The notes beneath the pieces are model-generated. The model ran no database searches. It was given only the letters and a program-made list of their open reading frames with translations, and had not been told where the DNA came from. A DNA stretch of 64,000 nucleotides from Yuukianura sp. NJ FZ-2021 (lineage: Eukaryota): the NCBI GenBank assembly GCA_046563655.1, contig CM102288.1, forward strand, positions 5,084,001 to 5,148,000, written 5' to 3'. Position numbers and translations under genes: made by a program. Shown here piece after piece: positions 13,370 to 24,966 of the stretch; the stretch's first letter is position 1; the number at the start of each line of letters is the position of its first letter.

Positions 13370-13555
13370 TTAAGGACAAGAGTAGAGGCAAAATTCAAAT
13401 TCACGGTTGCATCCCGTCAAATTGGATTTACATTTTTTCAACTGGTTTCGGCAAGCCAATTGACATGTAGTCGTGGCCGCTTCAACGATGTCCGGAAAAA
13501 GAGCAACCATGGCAATGGTCAGAATCAAAATGGAAAAAATCCGAAGCATGAACAT
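13370..13555 (-). CDS. Small secreted cysteine-rich peptide (61 aa, 6 Cys)
   Basis: Real ATG, hydrophobic signal peptide ending VEA, mature region C-x3-C-x6-C-x6-C-x6-C-x3-C. A 5' UTR intron (donor ~13674, acceptor ~13576) and upstream TATA/Inr support a real transcription unit. Confidence 0.7.
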   Translation of the reverse strand: MFMLRIFSILILTIAMVALFPDIVEAATTTCQLACRNQLKKCKSNLTGCNREFEFCLYSCP

Positions 13556-13704
13556 TGCTCAACGTCGTTCGATTTCTAAAAAAAAATCATAAGTAGGTAA
13601 TCTGCTACCCGTACAATAAATCTACTCAAGATACCAAATGAGTAATATTGTTAACATAACTTGTAAAACTAACCTTGCTTATGTTATTAAAGTTAACGCC
13701 TAAT

Positions 13705-13748
13705 TTAACTGTGAGCGTAGTTTACAATTTCTGTACTAAACTTTATAG
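13705..13748 (-). promoter_or_regulatory. TATA box plus Inr-like core promoter of the small peptide gene
   Basis: Minus strand CTATAAAG (13741-13748) followed ~30 nt later by TCACAGTT, then a splice donor AAG|GTTAGT. Confidence 0.5.
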
Positions 13749-14139
13749 TGCAAGGCAATGGCAATGTGTATGTTCAGTAGCAATAATTTCAGAAAATGAT
13801 TTTATTATTCCCATAAAAATATAATATAGTTGTGCAATAATTACCTTTTCGTTCTTCCTCGTTAGAAGTCCAATGACAAACAAGAAACTGCGTACTTTGA
13901 AGAAACACAAACACCTTAACTACAAAACCTGTTTTTAAGATTTTTATCTTGTTACTATGATTATTCCGTGTCCACTGCATGGTATATCACCATCCGATTC
14001 CATTAGTTTAGTTATATGTGAGCAGTTAATGAGCGTCAGTGCATATAGTCCCAAATCCCAAATCCACGTCCATCGTCCAGTGCAATTTTTGTCTCTGTAT
14101 TGAAACTCTGTCGAAGGTGTGTGCTCTAGAGCTTCTTAA

Positions 14140-14722
14140 ATATTAAATAGCGATGCTTCGCTACTTTATGCATCGACATTGTCTGTCTGCCCGCAGGAGC
14201 GAATGGCCGTCCGTCGGCAGTAATAGTTGTGCCGGAAATGGCTCAACCCTTTCGTGATTCGTTTTCAATGGTAAAAACCTTGCCCCGGAATATTCACGGT
14301 TCAATATCATCCCACAGGGGAACTGCTAGGGTCAACGGTCAACTTCAACCGTTACGGCAATAGCAAGGTTGCTATAGCGACCATTTATACTAAAATGGCG
14401 TAAGAGGTTATGTCATAACTTCGATTTAAAAAACAACAACAAGAAAAAACAACTTTTGTACCAATTTTGTACCAATTTTGTTGATTTTCACAATAATCTT
14501 TTAAATTTCTCGTTGCTGAGTCATAGTTTTGATTTCGAATTGCTAACGCAACGGAGCCGCGTCAGAAGTACGGTTCAAAAAATTTGAAAAAGAAAATAAC
14601 GGAGTTTTGACATAACCTTCTAAGAAGAAATAAACAAAATTTCGAGTTAAACAAGCTTGGGCAATAGTACTTCAACATTTTGTACTAGTATTGCCTGTCA
14701 AGGCTGGCAGGCCATTCGCTTT
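14140..14722. mobile_element. Dispersed repeat, possibly Helentron/DINE-1-like
   Basis: GTCTGTCTG/CCGTCCGTC microsatellite-like 5' part and a short terminal hairpin (GCCTGTCA..TGGCAGGC). Segment ~14365-14625 recurs in inverted orientation at ~38430-38690. Confidence 0.5.
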
Positions 14723-14974
14723 TAACCAAATCAAAATTTTAATACAAATTTTTGTTTTAAATTAGCTCGTTTTTTACAGCAATTAATTAATTATAATTAA
14801 TTTCACAAAGGCTTCGCGGAACAGAATTTACGAAAGTATTTACTGTTATCCTTTCCAACCACATTTTCTATTGTAGATTTTAATATTTACGAAGTACGAT
14901 GTTCAGGGTATATTTTCGTGTTATGAGGTTTGTCGTTAAAAAATTCTTCAAAATTCAAACTTAAAAAACAATTT

Positions 14975-15672
14975 TTAACATTTTGAATTTGGGTAAACCT
15001 TTTCGTCGGGCTTGTCGATATGTGCTTCCATGAACCGAATTGCATGAGCTTCGTAGTCCACAGTTGCATATGGGTATGACTCAATGTAGTTACCTCCATA
15101 GTAGTAGACGTTGTAGTGCCAACACTTCTTTCGGTATTCTTCGCAAATCTGTTTAATGAAATAAAAACACCTTGTTTTCGGTATACATGTGTATTGCATC
15201 AACATTTTTCAATATTTTGGTTAATTATTGAAGTTTGTACCGGTTTTTCGTTATTGCGGGTTCCGTGACACTCAAAAGCTCCAACGCCGCCAGGGTAGTT
15301 TTTCTCAACTAGAGCTGTTGCAATTTTGGCAATGGATTCTCTAGCATCTTTAAAAACGGGACACCCTATTCAAAGAATTCAAAATTAGTTAAAATAACAA
15401 TGTAAAATACCGTTTTTAATCAAAATTTAGCGCTTTTGCTTACAAGTATTGTAGTAGTGAACCCAGGTTCTGTCTTTAATGAAATCTTCATAGTTGTCTT
15501 CATTCAATTTGACGATGTTCTCTTGCCCCGGAACTCCTTCCCAAAAATCATCTGAATTTACTGAACTAGTATTGTTGCAATCCCGTTCAGTACAGGAAGA
15601 AGCAATACTCTCCTGTGCTAATGTGACTTGAAGTGTCGCAAGACTCATAACAATAAGAAAAATGGCGGCCAT
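14975..15672 (-). CDS. Secreted single-domain thioredoxin/PDI-like protein with atypical WCPVF site (3 exons)
   Basis: Signal peptide; W-EGVPGQENIVKLNEDNYEDFIK..WVHYYNT|WCPVFK resembles PDI a-domain (V.HL....F..F......V.FYAPWCxxCK). Exons ~15447-15672, ~15241-15366, 14975-15148. Confidence 0.7.
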
Positions 15673-16085
15673 CTTGAAGCAGTTATTAGTTTAGGAGACT
15701 TCGTTTGGTTCCTTTCTCTACCAAAATTCCGCCGTATTTAAGCGGGATGAATACAACAGATAAACCGCAATACAGGGTGACTAGTTTCCCGGAAAGTTAG
15801 AATGTGCAATAAAAATGACAGTATATAAATTATAAACATGAATGATGTACAAGGTTTCAAGGTTTGTGTTACAATTTATGATTAATGCCATTTTGAAATA
15901 AGGCAAGGTAGGAAAATTTTCCAATTAGGGGTTTGATTGTAGTACTTTAGTTTGGTGTTAATCGAGCCAGGACTAACAATGTATCATGGAAATCTAAAAA
16001 TAGGGATGAAAAGTTTGTGGATAAAGTTATATGTCTGTGCTACAATTTCTGAATTCTGACTGTTATTTTTTTTTGTTGCAACGTG

Positions 16086-17732
16086 TTACACTTTCCAAGT
16101 TTCCTGTATTTCTGGATACTCCAGCAGCAGAATGTCACACATTTCAGATTCTACTGAACCTTTCAGTCCTTTATGTAAAATATCATAAGCTTCTTTGGCA
16201 TAAATGACTGTGTTGAATGACTGTTCTTCCATTCCTGTTACCACCAATCTTAGATCCTCCAGATCCCTCGCAGCTAACCATCGATGAAACCGAACTCTTC
16301 CTGCAAATTAAACAAACTTCAATTTAATAATTAAGATTTAAGACAACAGCAATTTAAAAGTTCATATTTAGGACAAACTGAGATTGATGTAAGAATGTGC
16401 TGGAACGTTTTGCATTCGAACTTACGAAAATTAACGTACCGACAAACATGTAGTATGATCCAGGAAACAACTTTTCAAGTACTGCCAGTACTTGTTCTGC
16501 GCAGGTAAATTTTGTTTTCAATTCTCCTTCTGAGTGGAGTTCCTGTATCTGACAGATTTGAAACATTTCTTGAATGATGAGAGCGTGATTGGGGTGTAGC
16601 CACTTTTCTTTTTCAGTTCTGCTAAGCGTGAGATTGACTGTGTCTTATCGATTGTGGCCAGTTTAGCTTCAACATTCCTCAATTGGATGGAGATGCTTGA
16701 CGATGCTTCGTCGTCCAGAACTTGATTGCAAGTCAAGCATTTCCACTGGAGACCATTCCATGGAGCGAGGCTAAAGTTGGAGCATGATGGGCACAGAATG
16801 GAGCTGAAAAACGAACCGAATTCGGTGGGATCTGAACATCGTTGACAAGTGCAGACGAATCCCCGGGATGAAAGGAGTCGATATCTCTCCGAGGCTGAGC
16901 TTAGAACGGGAACATAGGTGTTCGTAATCGCTTCTCCCGCTAGAATTTCCTTGGCTGCCATGACAACAACCCGGGAGCCTTGCGGGTCAGGGTCAAACTG
17001 GATATCGGTGTTCATGCAACAGGAATGAGCCATGAAGGAACCTAAAAAGTACAAATTCTCAACACTCTTTTGCTTCCGAAGCTCACTAAAAGCATTAGTT
17101 CTGAGGACTCCGAGGCAGTGAGCAGCATTTGTTAGAATGCTCGCAGTATTTTCATGGATACTCATGGCATTGCGGGCTGATTCCACTGGTTTTGAATTTG
17201 GTGACTCAAATAGGTCCCACGACAGAAGTGACATTGCATGGTACAGAGTCTGTGACGACCATGCCGAGGTCACCGACATGGATTTAGTTTTCGAAACGTT
17301 TGAAGATTGTAGTTCATTAATTTGTGTCCATTTTAAGGGATGATGTCGTTTGGTGGCCAAGGAGCGAATGACATTGATGAACTGGTAGAGGTCGTTCTCC
17401 TTATGCAAAATTCCTAGAAGACTAGGGATAGTAGAAAAGATGCGACATTCGATGTCATGTTCATGTGAACCATCCTCGAGACAACTGTGTGAACAAAATG
17501 ATAAGAAGCATTTGGAACATTGACATGCTAATGAAGTGTTGTACACGGAAAAACAGACTAGACAAACGGCTTCCGAGGAATCCAGAATAGCACTGGGACT
17601 TGGTCCCTGTACAATCGCTTCTTCGTCAATGATTACTTCTCCTGCACGGATGTCTCTTGCTGCAACTAAATGTCTTCCAAGCACTCCGTTCCATTTGATA
17701 GTATAGGGAGGTTGTTGATCCTGCATTTGCAT
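16086..17732 (-). CDS. SET and MYND domain protein (SMYD/SmydA family), with apparent frameshift near 16605
   Basis: GRHLVAARDIRAGEVII, MYND cysteines (CLVC..CSKC..FCS..C..H..EC), FMAHSC, GEAITNTY, FVCTCQRC. The C-terminal LHPNH motif lies in another frame; last exon ~16086-16300. Confidence 0.85.
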
Positions 17733-18799
17733 TGTTTCTTTGCTTCAGTCGTCTACAACCTGCTAGTTCAGAGATAATTTCTTATAGTTAGGTTTGAATT
17801 TTCCAATGGACTTTGTTAGTAAATTACTTTTTTAACGGTTGATAACTTACCTTCTTACCGCAGAAAGTAATTGAGTTGACGATGTAAAACTTTTTGTCAA
17901 ATTGAGATTTTGAGAATTGATAAAAAGACCGGGTGGAAGTAAGGTATAACGACTATCGTCGTAACCTGAAGGGTGGACAGAGCCAATCCGCCCATCTTAT
18001 GTGGGTACAATAGGGACTACACTACAGCTAGTGAAGAGATTTGTAGCCGCTAAAATCTAAAAACACAACGTATCCTAAATCGGCTACACATGTAGCCGCA
18101 CACCTACCGTTGGTTGATTTACTATGGTAAACTATGATTTAAAACTGTATTTTGGTCAATAAAAACGAGGTTTTGGTTTTTGTGTGTGTTTTTATACAGC
18201 AAAACATGAAATTGAACAAAAACAGCACAAGGAAACTTTAAGTTGACAATTTCCATTTTCCTATGTGTAAGTTTTTCCCACTGGCGTCTACAACACTATA
18301 TAGCAATATTTAATTTAACAAGAGGCTTCAAGTTTACGATCTCTAAATCGATGAGAACAATGTAATTCATATACAAAATCCAGATTTGATTTGATTTAGA
18401 CAAAAAAAAAAGACATATTGATGAAACAAAAAACCATTGTTTTTCTATTTTTTGACAAAAAAAACAAACAAAAGCTACCGACACAAACCGACCACAGCCT
18501 AGCCTAAGTACAAAGATTGTAGCCTCAAAGTGGCTACACCTTGTGGCTACGCCGTGTGCCTACAACTATGAGAGTTAAAGGTTACTCCAACCTAAGAGCG
18601 GGAGGAGGAAGGAGGGAGAGAGACTCCACCCGCGCGGGACTCCTCTTCTGTCTCGTCTCTCTCCTTTCTTTTTTCTTGTCAATCACTTGCTCAGTAAATT
18701 TCCAACGGTAAACATTTCCATTTTTCAATATCTCCGTCGTCCGTGAAAATCGAAACCAGATCAAGGGTGTTACAACTGGTTTTTTCAAACGGCTCTAGT

Positions 18800-21700
18800 A
18801 TGGCCGGAACATGGCGGAATCAAGCACAGTATCAGTCTCCAGAACTTATACTCGGAAGTTCCTCGGAGGAAGAAGACGAAAGTGGCCATGGATCAACACA
18901 AGCATATGAAGGTTTACAGAAAATTGACGACAGCGTTGAGGATGTCCGTGCGGACTCACCCCATGGCGGAACGCCATTGCAACCCAGAGAAAACGAGCCC
19001 ACGAACAGAGTGGACCATTTGGATATGAGCGATACCGAAGACAAGGAATCACCATTGATAAAGATCGTCAAAAAGGGAAGTACTCAGCGGCAGCGAATCT
19101 TCTCGGACTCAGATGACTCAGAAGAGGACAATTACGCATCGGCTTGCTCAGATAGCGCAGCAGAACAATCTATTCAAGATGTGGCCTCGTCATTGAATAG
19201 TTTCGCAGTATCTGTCAACAATGTACCAATAACTTCTACTACTCCAATGGGATCTGCACCCGCAAAGACATTCAACTTCAAACCGAAGGGCACTGAGCCC
19301 AGGATGAGCCAAATTCCAGTCTTGGTTGAAGAACAACCCGACGATGGCGCAGAAGCAGATGACGACGTCACAGAATCGTTCCGGTTGCTTGACATTGACG
19401 ATGATGATCAGCCTGCTCAACTTCAACCGAAACCACACTCACCTAAGCGATCTGAACAGCCCGGAACCAGTTCAGCCGGAACTGCTCATGGTCGATTGCT
19501 CAAACGTACCGAAAAGCCTGGCAGAAGTTCTGACGAGGGGACAGTTGATCTTGATCTCGACGATACCAATCCAGTACAAATCAATGACAGTCCAGAAGTC
19601 ATCGCTCCAGTCAGGATTCCACCCAAAGTCCCAGCATCTTCACAACCTTTGAAGACAATTTTTCTGGAAGAGTTGCCACAGAAACCAGTAGCAGCAGCAT
19701 CCAGCAAGGACTTTCTTCCGCCAGCGACTGACCATCATCAGGTTGACAGAGCTCTGACTCTTCTGGCCAAGTCCATGGAACTCGTTCCAGCACTGGAAGA
19801 GCAAGCTCCAACTCCGGACGGTTTTAAAACCAAACTATACCCTCATCAAGCTTACGGACTTCAGTGGCTCTGGTGGCGAGAACACCATGCCCCGGGTGGT
19901 GGCATCCTCGGTAAGCATTTTTCAATTAACTAGATTCCAATTTTCTAAATTTTGAATTTTTGAAAATGAGTTTTTGAAATTATGAATTTTTTGTTGATTT
20001 CAGCTGATGAGATGGGCTTGGGTAAAACTGTGATGATTATGGCGCTTGTGATGAAAAGTTTGGCAGAAGGCTCCCCCTCGTTTGAAAAGAAGGAAAACGA
20101 CTGGCATGGATCTCACAAAAGTAAGACTAATTTTGCATAAATTATAGTTTACTTGTTATAAATTATAATTTATAAACTATAAATTATGAAATAATTTTAT
20201 CACTTTATTCGCTGAAACGCTGTTTTTTGTTTTAGAGTTGACGCCGAGTCGCTGTACACTGATCGTAGTGCCACCAAGTGTCTTAGGCCAATGGGAGCTG
20301 GAGATCAAAGGGAAAACGGCCGGGCTTACTTACTATGTGTATCATGGACCCAACAGAGACAAAAGTGTCAAGAAGTAGGTTGAAAAAATATTTCAAAAAT
20401 TTTGTTAAAAATGTACGGGAACTGGAATTAATTTATAATTTCGTTTGATTTATATTTCATTTTTGTTTAGACTGAGTCGGTTTGATATCGTATTGAGCAC
20501 TTATTCCATCATTGCCAGCGAAATACCAAAAATTGGCCAAGACGAGCGTCATTACGTGGTAAGTATTTTACTTGTTTTTTTTTATGTTAACTCGAATTTT
20601 GAATGTCCCGAACTTTACTTGAATAGGGGGCCAGTCCACTGGTCAACATATTGTTCGAGCGTGCAGGGTTGGCAAAATGACGTCTTTTTCACGAAAATGA
20701 CGTCAAAAACGTTTAAAACGTTAAAAACGCGTCAAAAACGTCAGAAACGTCAAAAACCTTTCCTCCAAAAATTGAAATCTTTAATTCTAAATTGCCGGTT
20801 AACCTACATTGTAAACCTGCTAACTATTAGATTATGACGTATAACCGCTGTCAGTTCTCACTGCTGTTTATTCAAAATCCATTTCGTCTTCCATTAGTTC
20901 TTCTACGCCGACGTTGTTGTCTTCGTTTTCGTCATCTTCATCGTCCTGTTCCAGTTCCAGTGCCTCATCTGGAATATTTTGATCTTCCCATACCCACTTC
21001 AGATTTGATTGTAGTTGCTCTTTCGACGCTTTGGAATTGAGGTACTTATACATAAATGTCAGTTTTCCCGCTTTTGTATTTCCTAATCGATTCCGCAATT
21101 TTGAACGCACAAGTCCAAATGTGGAAAAAATTCGCTCCAGTCCGGCAGTTGAGGCGTTTGCTGAAAGATATTGAGCGCATAATTTTAGCCACGGCTCCTG
21201 TAACTTCCCCCAGTCGAAGATTAAATTGGGAGAAATCTTGACGGATCTCCACCATGTAAGTGGTGCAGTAGTTCGTAGTGTCTCTAAAAACAGATACGAT
21301 GGATCTAGATCAAATTGTTCCCAGATTGGGTCTTTTCCCCGGGGCATAACGATAAAGTGATTACTACGATTGACGGAAAAGTCAAAAAAACAAAAGGAGA
21401 ATTAAAACTATCCACGACAAAGTAACGACTTCTTTTGTTTGTTGTGAATTCCGCTTTCAAACCATCGAACGCCACGGGTTTTACTTAAAAATTTGAGCGC
21501 GAATGCAAGGTTTTATAAAAAATGAATTTGACAAAAAAGACGTTTCTGACAAGGGGTCTTGTCATAAACGTTTTTGACAGACGTTTTTGACCGACGTCAT
21601 TGTCATTTTGCCAACCCTGCGAGCGTGTCGTCCTAGACGAAGGACATACCATCCGGAATGAGAAGACCAACTGTGCTTTCGGGGTTTGTCAAATCCATTC

Positions 21701-23864
21701 TAAACATCGATGGATTGTGACAGGCACACCCATTCACAATAGGTAAATTTTTATTATTGAAATTCCAACTTTCATATTTTCCTAAAATTTTAAACTGAGA
21801 CCTGGATTTTTTTTAGGCCTAGTGACATGTTCTCTCTCGTCAAGTTCATCCGGTTGAGTCCTTTCGACGACGCAAAGTTATGGGATTACTGGATCGGCTT
21901 AAAAAAAATCTCCGACACTGCCAATAGTCAAGCAAGACTCAACCTCATCGGACGAGCGCTGGTTTTGCGACGGACCAAGGAAGAAATCGCATCTCTCGGA
22001 GACAACTGTCCATCAATTCCTTCCAAGACCATGATCGACGAGGAGTTGATCCTAAGTGATGCAGAGCAAGAAATCTATGACCATCTCGAGGGCTATGCAG
22101 CGTAATCCACACTTCACTGTTTTCTAATATGATTTGAAGAGTTTTTGATTGATTTTTGAAGAAAAAAATTGTTGTTTCCAGGTCCATTTGCAAACAATTT
22201 TTGAAGGAATTTGAACAGAAGCAGATGATGCGTGAGAAGCAAAGTGCTGCCAACAAGTACATTGCAAATGCTGCGAAGCCAAAGAACCCAAATGAAGTCA
22301 GTTTTACAGCTGTGTTCACCTTAATTTTGCGCCTGCGTCAATGCTGCCTCCTGCCTTACTTGATACATGAGGTAACATTAAGTTTAACTAAACACATTTA
22401 ATTAATTAAAAAGTTAAACTAATTAAGTTGATTTATTTCTTGAACTTTTAGATGATCGAGCCGGACGAACTGGATGGCGAAGCAGATCCGAACTCCTCCG
22501 ATCTCCCCGAAGAGGACGACATCATTAGCTTGAAGAATCCTGTATTCGCCACGGACTTTGTTTCGACAAAAATTTGTCGGGTGAGGAAATAATCTAGTAG
22601 TTTATACTAATTAGAAGTTACAGCTGAGAAGGAATTCCGGAATTTCATAATTCATTTGCTTAGTCTCAAAATTTTTAGCTTTAAAGCCACCGTTGGCGCT
22701 AAAACTTGCTAAAAATGTAGCTTCCTCGACTGGATTTAACGTAAATTTTCCAAACTCTACTTTTTTTAAACAAAAAAAACTTCACCACACTTTCTAACTT
22801 TCTAGCGTATTACTTTTGGAGAAAATTCATGATTGGGCTAAGAATATCTCTAAAATGTATTTTCCTTATTCAAGAAAAATTGAAATTTTCCAAAATATTG
22901 TTTTTTGAAAACGCCATGCCACCGTCTGTCTAACTTTTTAACGTAATTACTTTTCGAAAAAAAAAAGTCATAGTTTCGCGACAAAAGTTAGGACGATTGC
23001 ACGGGTATTAGGGCGAAGCCCCAGCAAGCAGGCGCTGCATTCACCGTTAAAATTAACTATTTTTGCCAAAATTTTTCAAAAACAGAAAGTACTTTAACAA
23101 GTTTTTTTTTTCTTTTTAGTTAATTGAAGACTTAAAGTGTTTACGTGATGCTGCTCAGCGTGAGAACCGCAAAATGGAGAAGGTCGTGATCGTGTCGCAG
23201 TGGACATCATTTCTCCATCTCATTAAAACTCATCTCACGAGACATGGGTATAGGACGTGTGAAATCACTGGTAAGCGATACAATCTCCAGTGAAGATCGA
23301 CGATCACCAGTGAACTCTTTTGTTTTTTGTTTTAGGAAAAACGAAGATTGGTGACCGAGCAGATATTATGATGCAGTTCAATGGTAAACAGAGACGTCCA
23401 GAAGTTATGCTCCTGTCGCTGATGGCTGGTGGCGTGGGGCTTAATCTTGTGGGAGCCAATCACATGTTCTTCATGGATTTGCATTGGAATCCGCAGAATG
23501 AACTCCAAGCGCAAGATCGGATTCATAGATTTGGCCAGACGAGAGAAGTGATAATTCACCGGTGAGTTGACTAAGATTTTTCTTCAAATTATGAATTTAT
23601 AACTCCAAAGTATGAAATTATGACTCTGATTTATGGAGTAAGGGAATCAAAATATGAATTTCTGGAATCAAATTATGGAATTATGTAGTAGCATTGTGGA
23701 ATGTTTTGTATTTCAGGTACTTGGTTAAGGACACAATTGAGCAGCGAGTCCTGAAACTTCAACAGCAGAAACTGGATTTAGCCAATGGACTTTTGTCCAA
23801 CAAGAACAAGAAGGTGGGAACTGGGCTGTCCATCCAAGAAATGCGACAACTGTTTAATCTCTAA
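18800..23864 (+). CDS. TTF2: Transcription termination factor 2 / lodestar (SNF2 helicase), interrupted by a hAT insertion
   Basis: Acidic low-complexity N-terminus; LYPHQAYGLQWL..GGIL|ADEMGLGKT, TLIVVP, RVVLDEGHTIRN, TGTPIHN, LRRTK, LILRLRQCC, KVVIVSQWTSFL, LLSLMAGGVGLNLVGANH..DLHWNP..QAQDRIHRFGQ. Confidence 0.92.
20664..21619 (-). mobile_element. Non-autonomous hAT DNA transposon (956 bp internal-deletion derivative)
   Basis: Perfect 18-bp TIR CAGGGTTGGCAAAATGAC; perfect 8-bp TSD CGAGCGTG (20656-20663 and 21620-21627); internal ORF with hAT C-terminal motifs. Confidence 0.95.
20868..21347 (-). CDS. Truncated hAT transposase ORF (N-terminal stub fused in frame to the C-terminal dimerization domain), 159 aa
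   Basis: MPRGKDPIWEQF (BED-finger-like start) joined to PLTWW..LSANASTAGLERIFSTFGLVRSKLRNRLG..KAGKL (hATC motif S..ER.FS...R.RL) plus an acidic tail. Confidence 0.8.
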   Translation of the reverse strand: MPRGKDPIWEQFDLDPSYLFLETLRTTAPLTWWRSVKISPNLIFDWGKLQEPWLKLCAQYLSANASTAGLERIFSTFGLVRSKLRNRLGNTKAGKLTFMYKYLNSKASKEQLQSNLKWVWEDQNIPDEALELEQDDEDDENEDNNVGVEELMEDEMDFE

Positions 23865-24966
23865 GCACTCGATTGACGAATTATTGATTACTCCTGGAAC
23901 ATGGAACTCCACACAAGTGCGTAATAGTTTTTCAATGTTAATTGCTCAAACTACGTTCAAGCGTTTTCCTCCCTCAAGCATATGAATTGACATTACTTTT
24001 ACTAGGGGTTACTATGGGAGTAGAATTATTTTTGAACTGATTTCTTAATTTCATGATTAATAATTATTTGTGCTTGATTGTTTGAGTTCAAGCTACACCA
24101 CTAACTTGTTTTAACTTATTTTCGTTTACGTGCATTCAAATAACTGTGCTCTTTACGAGTTTGCTACTAGTAATAAAAGAACCATTGACTTTGCGAAACC
24201 TGACAAGAAGTAAAAAATTAAGTTTAATACCGGAAAAAGTTTTGTCAAACGAAACACAAGTTGTGTTTACACAGCGTTTGGTTAGGTTAACCTTGAATCA
24301 AAATTAAAAGTTTGATCAAATAGGAGAGACTTTTGTGAAACGCAACAAAAGTTTGGGCAAACCTGTACATTTTGTTTTAATTCTTGCATTTTACGACTTG
24401 TTTCTTTTTTAGGTCGTGCGTAATTAACAAAATTAAATTAACGCTGTCCGTCCGTGACCGGAACTTTTCCGGTGCTGGGCATGTTAAAAATAAGTTTAAT
24501 CACCCATGTTCTCGTCCTTATTGCCGAAGTCCATAAGTTTTCTAGATTCCGTGATACATCAAACTAATGAAAGTCAAAATTGTGCTGATGAAGAGAAGCG
24601 ATCAGATTAATATTCAACATAACTACACACCATTAATCATCACCATTCAGTTCGACTCACGTTAACTTAATCAAATTCCACTTAATTAATCTTAACTTCG
24701 CTTTTGGTCGTTAATCATTCATGGTTTAATTCTTTGTCTCTTCATCTTTCTTAATTTTGAAGACGTTTTTTTCATCAGTCTTCCTGAAAACGTAACTTCT
24801 TGAACCAGTTTCAATATAAATCTTGATAAAACACAACACTTTTAGTTTCTTCAGTTCAGTCGACGCTTTTTAATCGTTTCGGATGCACAGAATTCGGATC
24901 TTGTTTTGAAGTTTTGATTAAAAAGTTTTCGGAATTTTGAAAGTTAATTTTGCGTCGTTTTTCAAA

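Noticed and set aside
18030..18565. GTAGCC/GGCTAC clusters upstream of TTF2 as a MITE
   Set aside because: Suggestive subterminal repeats, but I could not define TIRs or a TSD.
20656..21627. Precise splicing of the hAT element using GT and AG inside the two TSDs
   Set aside because: GAGC|GTGCAG to CGAG|CGTG adds 1 nt and CAGG|GTTGGC adds 8 nt, both frameshifts. Only a poor GC donor or the upstream donor gives an in-frame product.
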